From Acidobacteriota bacterium (GTDB taxonomy: Bacteria; Acidobacteriota; UBA6911; RPQK01; JAJDTT01), in contig OZ241897.1 in NCBI GenBank assembly GCA_965203535.1, positions 2,828,714 through 2,892,713 on the forward strand: 64,000 nucleotides of DNA, given 5' to 3'. A program made the position numbers and the translations under genes. Below are positions 58,304 through 64,000 of the stretch, piece by piece. Positions within the stretch are counted from its first letter, which is position 1; every line of letters begins with the position of its first letter. The notes beneath the pieces were generated by a model. That model worked only from the letters and a program-made list of their open reading frames with translations. It searched no databases and was not told the DNA's origin.

Positions 58304-60088
58304 ATGGCCCCAACTGGAACCGACAAAGAGCTTGAAAGCCTGATTGCGGCGGGGCTCTCGAACGTCGCGCTCCCGACCATCGAGATCGCCGACGACCTCG
58401 ATCACGATGCGCTGGTGCAAGCGTACGATTCAAGCTTCAAAAACCTTTCCGAGGGCGAGGTGATCCCCGGAACGGTGATCGAGGTCACCGAATCCCATGT
58501 TCTGGTGGATATTGGATTCAAGTCCGAAGGGCTGGTCCCCATCAGCGAGTTTCGCGAGCGGGGCGGCGTGATCAGCGTCAAGGCCGGCGATACCGTCGAC
58601 GTTCTGATGGAGAACTCGGAGACGTTGGACGGTGGCGTGATTCTCTCCCGCGAGAAGGCGGAGAGAATGAAGATCTGGGACAGCATCGAGCGCGCCTACC
58701 AGGAACAGACGGTGATCGACGGGCGCGTCATCGAGCGGGTGAAGGGAGGGCTCTCCGTCGATATCGGCGTTCGCGCCTTCCTGCCCGGCTCCCAGGTCGA
58801 CATGCATCCGGTTCGGAATCTGGACAGCCTGCGCGACCAGGAACTCCAACTCCGGGTGATCAAGGTCAACAAGCGCCGCGGCAACATCGTCCTTTCGCGC
58901 AAGGCCGTCCTGGAGGAAGAATACTTCAAGCGGAAGGAGGAAACCCTCCGCAGCCTCGAGGAGGGGAAGGTCACGCCGGGCGTCGTGAAGAACATCACCG
59001 ACTACGGCGCTTTTGTCGACTTGGGCGGGATCGACGGTCTGCTGCACATCACCGACATGTCCTGGGGCCGGGTGAACCACCCCTCCGATCTCTTCAAGGT
59101 CGGAGACAAGATCGACGTCAAGGTTCTCAAGTTCGACAGAATCGACGAGAAGGTCTCCCTGGGATACAAGCAACTCACTGCCGACCCCTGGTACACCGTG
59201 GCCCAGCGATACCCTCGCGGATCCCGGGTCCCCTCGGTGGTTGTCAGCATCACCGACTACGGCGCCTTCGTCGAACTGGAGGAGGGTGTCGAGGGGCTCA
59301 TTCACATCTCCGAAATGACCTGGAACCGCCGGATCAAGCATCCGTCCAAGATTCTTTCCGTCGGGGACCAGGTCCAGGCTGTCGTCCTCGACGTCGACGC
59401 CAAGGCCCGGCGCATCTCCATGGGCATGAAACAGACCGAACCGAATCCCTGGGATTCGGTGGAGGAGCGTTACGCGATCAATTCCGTCGTCAACGGGATC
59501 GTCCGAAACCTGACCGACTTCGGCGCCTTCGTCGAGGTGGAGGAAGGAATCGAGGGGTTGGTCCATATCTCCGACCTGAGTTGGACGAAGAAGATCAAGC
59601 ACCCGTCGGAGGTTCTCAAGCGAGGGGACGAGGTCACCGCCGTGGTGCTGAGCGTCGACGGCGAAAGCCAGCGCCTGTCGCTCGGGATCAAGCAGTTGGG
59701 ACCCGACAAGTGGGAGGATTTTTTCTCGCGGCATCAAGTTGGCGATCGCGTCCAGGGCAAGGTCGTTCGATTGACCTCGTTTGGCGCGTTCGTGGAGTTG
59801 GACGAGGGCGTGGAAGGCCTCTGCCACATCTCCGAGTTGTCCGAAGATCGAGTCGAGGACCCCACATCCCACGTCTCAGTGGGCCAGGAACTCGATTTCG
59901 AGATCATCAAGCTCAACCTCCTCGAGCGGAAAATCGGGCTTTCCTTGAAGGCCCTGGTCGAGCGGGACCACCGGGAAACCTGGTCCTACCGTCCGGAGGT
60001 GGGCAAGACCTCCATTGGAGAATTGGCGGGCAGCCAACTGGGTGGCCTCAGGCAGCGGGCCATCGACGCAGCGAGAACGAAAAAATGA
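58304..60088 (+). CDS. rpsA: 30S ribosomal protein S1
   Basis: 594 aa with six S1 repeats (recurring G.V..I.D.GAFV.L motifs). Confidence 0.95.
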   Translation: MAPTGTDKELESLIAAGLSNVALPTIEIADDLDHDALVQAYDSSFKNLSEGEVIPGTVIEVTESHVLVDIGFKSEGLVPISEFRERGGVISVKAGDTVDVLMENSETLDGGVILSREKAERMKIWDSIERAYQEQTVIDGRVIERVKGGLSVDIGVRAFLPGSQVDMHPVRNLDSLRDQELQLRVIKVNKRRGNIVLSRKAVLEEEYFKRKEETLRSLEEGKVTPGVVKNITDYGAFVDLGGIDGLLHITDMSWGRVNHPSDLFKVGDKIDVKVLKFDRIDEKVSLGYKQLTADPWYTVAQRYPRGSRVPSVVVSITDYGAFVELEEGVEGLIHISEMTWNRRIKHPSKILSVGDQVQAVVLDVDAKARRISMGMKQTEPNPWDSVEERYAINSVVNGIVRNLTDFGAFVEVEEGIEGLVHISDLSWTKKIKHPSEVLKRGDEVTAVVLSVDGESQRLSLGIKQLGPDKWEDFFSRHQVGDRVQGKVVRLTSFGAFVELDEGVEGLCHISELSEDRVEDPTSHVSVGQELDFEIIKLNLLERKIGLSLKALVERDHRETWSYRPEVGKTSIGELAGSQLGGLRQRAIDAARTKK

Positions 60089-60360
60089 CTAAAGCCGAAC
60101 TGGTCGAGCGAGTCGCCAGCGGCTCAAGTCTCACCAGAAAGGAAGCCGAGGTGGTCGTCCAGGCCGTCCTCGACAGCATCGTTCACTCCCTGAAAAGCGG
60201 CACCAAGGTCGAATTGCGAGGCTTCGGCAGCTTTCGGCTGCGCAACCGGGCGGCACGCATCGGGCGCAACCCGAAGACCGGCGCCAAAGTCCACGTTCCC
60301 GCCAAGCGGGTTCCCTATTTCAAGCCGGGCAAGGACCTGAAAGAGCTGATCAACTCCTGA
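60085..60360 (+). CDS. ihfB: Integration host factor beta-like / HU family DNA-binding protein
   Basis: ATG 60085 overlaps the rpsA stop (ATGA). MTKAELVERVA...RGFGSF...RNPKTG...PYFKPGK. The rpsA-ihfB linkage is as in E. coli. Confidence 0.85.
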   Translation: MTKAELVERVASGSSLTRKEAEVVVQAVLDSIVHSLKSGTKVELRGFGSFRLRNRAARIGRNPKTGAKVHVPAKRVPYFKPGKDLKELINS

Positions 60361-60810
60361 ACGGATTCGGCGCCCGTGAGTTGCCGCCGGATGACTTCCC
60401 TGCCACCAAAAGCTCGCCGGTGTGGTGCCGGCAGGTGTCGAATGAGCGATCCGGAAAACACCCAAAACGTCAAAAATACACCCAACCGCCGCTCCCGGCG
60501 AGACCCGAGCAGCCCTGACATTGACAAAATCTTCATAAAACCCTTGCGAGCACTGGAGAAAGTGCGCTCCTTGTCACACAACCTGAATGAACAGCTCGTT
60601 TTTTGTTTTCTAAACTACTGAATCTAAAGATATTTCCAGGGAACTCACCAGCACCTCGCGGGACCGCGAAAGAAACTTCTTTCGCCGCCGGGACGGGCTG
60701 TGCTACCTTGTTTTCGGAGCGAGAACGTAATTGATCGCGGGCCGTGCACCGATTTGCCCGTTTCTTCATTACAAATTCAAAAAACGGGGCTCGAGAGAAG
60801 AGGGCCGACT

Positions 60811-62136
60811 TTGGATCTATGGAGCGACGCCGTGGCTTCCCTCAAAGCTGCGGGACAGATTTCCCCCGAGGATTTGGCCGTCTATTTCCAGGCCACTTCC
60901 CAGGTTCGCTATGAACCTGCCACCAGGAGACTTGTGGTCCGGGTTCCCAACAACCGCTTCAGCAGGTGGATCTCCCACAAATACGGCGACCTTCTGAAAA
61001 CGAAGTTGGAAGAGATGGGGTATCCGGATACGGAAATCGCTTTCCTGGCCGATCTGGACGAACCGCAATCGACCCTGATCTCGTCACCCCGCCTGTCGGG
61101 CTCCTATGTCGGCGCCGCCGAGTGCGCCCTGACCCAGCGCTTCACGTTCGCCAACTTCGTCGTCGGGTCGAGCAACCAATTCGCGCACGCCGCCGCACTG
61201 ACTGTCGCGGAGCGTCCATCGAGAAGCTACAACCCTCTATTTCTCTGCGGTGGCGTCGGGTTGGGCAAGACCCACCTCATGCATGCTATCGGACACTCGA
61301 TCAAGATCGAGCATCCCAACGTCAATCTCGCCTACGTCACGTCGGAACGCTTCACCAACGACCTCATTATCGCCATCCGTTACGATCGGACCGCCGGTTT
61401 TCGACAGAAATACCGGAACATCGACGTGCTGCTGATGGACGACGTACAGTTCCTCGCCGACAAGAAAAAGACAAAAGAGGAGTTTTTCCACACTTTCAAC
61501 AGCCTGTACCACGACCAAAAGCAAATCGTCATCTCAGGCGATTCTCCTCCTCACGAAATCCCGACCCTCGAAGAGCGTCTCCACAGCCGCTTCCAGTGGG
61601 GTCTGATTGCAGACATACAGCCCCCGGATCTGGAAACCAAGGTGGCTATTCTTCGAAAAAAAGCCGCCTTGCAACAGATGGAGCTACCGGATGACGTGGC
61701 CTTCTTCATCTCGAGCAACACCAAGTCCAACATCCGCCAACTTGAAGGATCCCTCAACCGTCTCATCGCCTACAGCAGTCTGCTGGGCGAGGAGATCACC
61801 CTGGACCTGGCCCAATCCACCCTCAAAGATCTCACCGAGTCCTCGCAACGCGTGATCACCATCAGTGAGATTCAACGAGTGGTCGCCCGGCACCATTCCC
61901 TGAGCGTGTCCCAACTCATCAGCCGCAGCAACTCCCCGAGGATCGTAGTTCCGAGACAGATCGCCATGTATCTCTGCAAGGAACTGACCAAGGGCTCTCT
62001 TCCTCAGATCGGCCGCGCTTTCGGCAACAGGCATCACACAACCGTGCTTCATGCCGTCCGGAAGATCTCCCGGCTCATCAAGGACGATCCGCTGCTGCAT
62101 TCCACCATCAACAAGCTGACCGACGAAATTTCATGA
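60811..62136 (+). CDS. dnaA: Chromosomal replication initiator DnaA
   Basis: AAA+ motif GGVGLGKTHL and a C-terminal DNA-binding domain (...HTTVLHA). The proposed TTG start at 60811 (LDLWSDAVASL) is uncertain; the listed ORF begins at 60700. Confidence 0.9.
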   Translation: MDLWSDAVASLKAAGQISPEDLAVYFQATSQVRYEPATRRLVVRVPNNRFSRWISHKYGDLLKTKLEEMGYPDTEIAFLADLDEPQSTLISSPRLSGSYVGAAECALTQRFTFANFVVGSSNQFAHAAALTVAERPSRSYNPLFLCGGVGLGKTHLMHAIGHSIKIEHPNVNLAYVTSERFTNDLIIAIRYDRTAGFRQKYRNIDVLLMDDVQFLADKKKTKEEFFHTFNSLYHDQKQIVISGDSPPHEIPTLEERLHSRFQWGLIADIQPPDLETKVAILRKKAALQQMELPDDVAFFISSNTKSNIRQLEGSLNRLIAYSSLLGEEITLDLAQSTLKDLTESSQRVITISEIQRVVARHHSLSVSQLISRSNSPRIVVPRQIAMYLCKELTKGSLPQIGRAFGNRHHTTVLHAVRKISRLIKDDPLLHSTINKLTDEIS

Positions 62137-62370
62137 CGTTTTCCCGCTTTTCCACTGGTGGTAGAATGTCCTGGCTGTGGAAAAGGTCGAGCGGATTTTC
62201 TCCGGGCCTTTTTCAACCTCGTTTCAAGAGCGGAATTCACAATTGACGAGTGACTCCATCCCATTGGAAATAAACGTTTCTTCCAACTCATCCACAGCCT
62301 GGGCGGCTCCTGGTACGACGATTCCAAATAAAATTTTTCTTTTTCTTGTGACCCGGAGATAAAGAACACC
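62137..62370. other. oriC: Candidate oriC segment (DnaA-box cluster plus AT-rich tract) in the dnaA-dnaN spacer
   Basis: TTTTCCACT (62148..62156), TGTGGAAAA (62176..62184), TCATCCACA (62288..62296). Each has 1-2 mismatches to TTATCCACA. AT-rich run CAAATAAAATTTTTCTTTTTCTT at 62325..62347. Confidence 0.5.
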
Positions 62371-63510
62371 ATGGACATAACTTTGAAGCGGGACCGCTTG
62401 TTCCCCGAGGTCCAACACCTTCAGACCATCGTCGAGAGGAAAACGACGGTGCCGATCCTGGGTCATGTCCTGCTTGAAACTATCGGGAACAACATTCTCC
62501 TCACTGCCACCGACCTGGACGTCTCTCTGCGTTGCCGCTGTGAAGCGCAGGTGCGGGTGAGCGGCGCCCTCACCATTTCAGCGAGGAAACTCTTCGAGAT
62601 CGTCCGCCTGGCCCCTCAGGATTCCGCCATCCACATCAAATCCATCGCTGAGGGGGACTGGGTCGAGATCGGCTATGGCCGATCCCGGTTCAAAGTCGCC
62701 GCCCTGGGGAAGGGAAATTTCCCTGAGACCGGCGAGGCGGAGGGCCAGGTGATTCGCATGAACGCGGCCATGGTTCGCCACATGATCGGGAGTTGCGTAT
62801 TCGCCGTCACCCAGGAGGAGAGCCGGTATACCCTGGGTGGAGCGTTAGCGGTCATTACTCCTTCCGATCTGTCTCTGGTCACCACGGATGGGCATCGTCT
62901 CGTCATTGTCCAGCGGGACGTGGAGATGGGTATCGAGCAGGAGGAGCTTCGAGTCCTGATCCCCAAGAAAGCACTGGTCGAATTGATGAAGTTGCTCAGC
63001 GAAACCGACGGGGATATCGAATTCAGAAGCGGAGAGAGGCGGATCTCGTTTCGAATGGGCCGGCGGCTCTTGATCTCCCGCATCCTCAGCGGCGAGTTTC
63101 CCAACTACAAGATGGTCATCCCGCAAGGGAACGATCTGGACGCGCAGTTGGGCACCTCGGGTTTCACCGCGGCCTTGAGGCGTGTCGCGGTGGTGGCGGA
63201 TCGGGAAATGCGGGCGGTCGAGCTGAGCCTCAACGAGGGACAGGTCAAACTGGCGTGCGAAAATGCGAATGGGGAGCGGGCCGCCGAAGCGCTGGAGACA
63301 ACCTACGAGGGGACGCCGATCAAGATCGGTTTCAACGTGGACTATCTGCTGGACTTCGTCAACGTCATCGACAGCGACCAGGTGCGCATCTCGCTCAAGG
63401 ACTCGGATACTCAGGGCCTGCTCCGGCCCATCAGTACGTCCGATGCAGACAACCCCGAGTCGGCCGGGGATTACAAGATCCAATATGTCGTCATGCCGCT
63501 GAGCCTCTGA
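62371..63510 (+). CDS. dnaN: DNA polymerase III beta sliding clamp
   Basis: 379 aa with a three-domain clamp pattern. N-terminus matches DnaN (L...V...V.RK.T.PIL..VLLE). Confidence 0.95.
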   Translation: MDITLKRDRLFPEVQHLQTIVERKTTVPILGHVLLETIGNNILLTATDLDVSLRCRCEAQVRVSGALTISARKLFEIVRLAPQDSAIHIKSIAEGDWVEIGYGRSRFKVAALGKGNFPETGEAEGQVIRMNAAMVRHMIGSCVFAVTQEESRYTLGGALAVITPSDLSLVTTDGHRLVIVQRDVEMGIEQEELRVLIPKKALVELMKLLSETDGDIEFRSGERRISFRMGRRLLISRILSGEFPNYKMVIPQGNDLDAQLGTSGFTAALRRVAVVADREMRAVELSLNEGQVKLACENANGERAAEALETTYEGTPIKIGFNVDYLLDFVNVIDSDQVRISLKDSDTQGLLRPISTSDADNPESAGDYKIQYVVMPLSL

Positions 63511-63592
63511 GCCGCACCCCCTCTCTCGGTCCATTTGCGACACATGTACCGGGTATAATTGGAGAGGACTCGGTCCGAGAGGACCATCTCTC

Positions 63593-64000
63593 ATGAGCGG
63601 CGCCGGGGCCGCGTGTGAAATCACCAAGGACGAGGATTCGGGATTGACGAATCAACTGCAGCCTGCAGACCAGGCTCAAGACTCCGCTGCCTATACGGCC
63701 AGGAAGATCCGTGTCTTGGAAGGCCTTGAAGCGGTTCGGAAACGGCCCGCCATGTACATCGGCTCCACCGGACCGGCCGGGCTCCATCATCTGGTTCAGG
63801 AGGTGGTGGACAATTCGGTCGACGAGGCCCTGGCCGGCTTCTGTGACCGCATCCGCCTGACGATCCACCAGGATGATTCCATCACCGTCGAGGACAATGG
63901 AAGAGGCATCCCCGTCGACATCCATCCCGAGAAGCAGCTTCCAGCCGCCGAGGTCGTATTGACCACCCTGCATGCCGGCGGCAAATTCGACCACGACAGC
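63593..64000 (+). CDS. gyrB: DNA gyrase subunit B, N-terminal 136 codons; continues beyond the window
   Basis: Manual translation from ATG 63593: ...[46 protein letters not shown]...[11 protein letters not shown]. Perfect TATAAT at 63554..63559 upstream. Confidence 0.9.
   Translation, partial: MSGAGAACEITKDEDSGLTNQLQPADQAQDSAAYTARKIRVLEGLEAVRKRPAMYIGSTGPAGLHHLVQEVVDNSVDEALAGFCDRIRLTIHQDDSITVEDNGRGIPVDIHPEKQLPAAEVVLTTLHAGGKFDHDS

Noticed and set aside
63511-63592. Absence of recF between dnaN and gyrB as an anomaly.
   Set aside because: The 82-bp spacer simply carries a TATAAT and an SD for gyrB. dnaN-gyrB adjacency without recF occurs in several phyla, so by itself this is not notable. It is mentioned under the synteny finding only.
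1-64000. CRISPR arrays, prophage or integrase genes, restriction-modification or other defence systems, rRNA operons, and selenoprotein genes split by in-frame TGA.
   Set aside because: I saw no direct-repeat/spacer periodicity, no integrase, transposase or phage structural motifs in any credible ORF, and no rRNA-like sequence. I also saw no pair of adjacent same-frame ORFs that together reconstruct a known selenoprotein. The window is essentially core genome.

Overview
GC-rich bacterial chromosomal window, almost entirely coding: about 60 protein genes and 2 tRNAs. Many genes are joined by 4-nt ATGA/GTGA start/stop overlaps. Content is mostly housekeeping and includes the replication-origin gene set. 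dnaA-dnaN-gyrB lies at 60.8-64 kb with DnaA-box-like sites in the dnaA-dnaN spacer. rpmH-rnpA-yidD-yidC-jag-mnmE and mnmG-rsmG-parA-parB lie at 28.7-37.7 kb with a perfect consensus parS.

Other blocks are gatA/gatC/ribF, rng-mazG, mreBCD-mrdA-rodA, ppiD, glmS, a full suf Fe-S operon behind an Rrf2 regulator, moaC/moeA, a methylmalonyl-CoA-mutase-like gene, pheA, tyrA, folE, HIT-prmC-prfA, rpmE and rpsA-ihfB. Two secreted VWA proteins resemble the family I associate with Acidobacteria, so an acidobacterial origin is plausible. That is inference only.

I found no prophage, CRISPR array, toxin-antitoxin pair or obvious defence island, and no convincing new multi-gene system. The items most worth a second look are:
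1. A 1,458-aa single polypeptide fusing fatty-acyl reductase, ANL ligase, carrier protein and PlsC acyltransferase. It is an ElbD-like ether-lipid candidate with non-canonical adenylation motifs.
2. Next to it, a coenzyme F420 locus (cofG, cofH, cofE, cofC, cofD, fno) with split FO synthase and a stand-alone CofE.
3. A tRNA-Sec (selC) that the longest-ORF call for pheA runs through.
4. A family of ~160-bp foldback repeats filling intergenic spacers: two full copies, one half copy and short remnants.
5. A 196-bp MITE-like element flanked by CTAG duplications that supply the stop codons of both convergent genes, cofH and cofE.

Most long ORFs in the six-frame track that lie antisense to these genes are compositional shadows and were not called.
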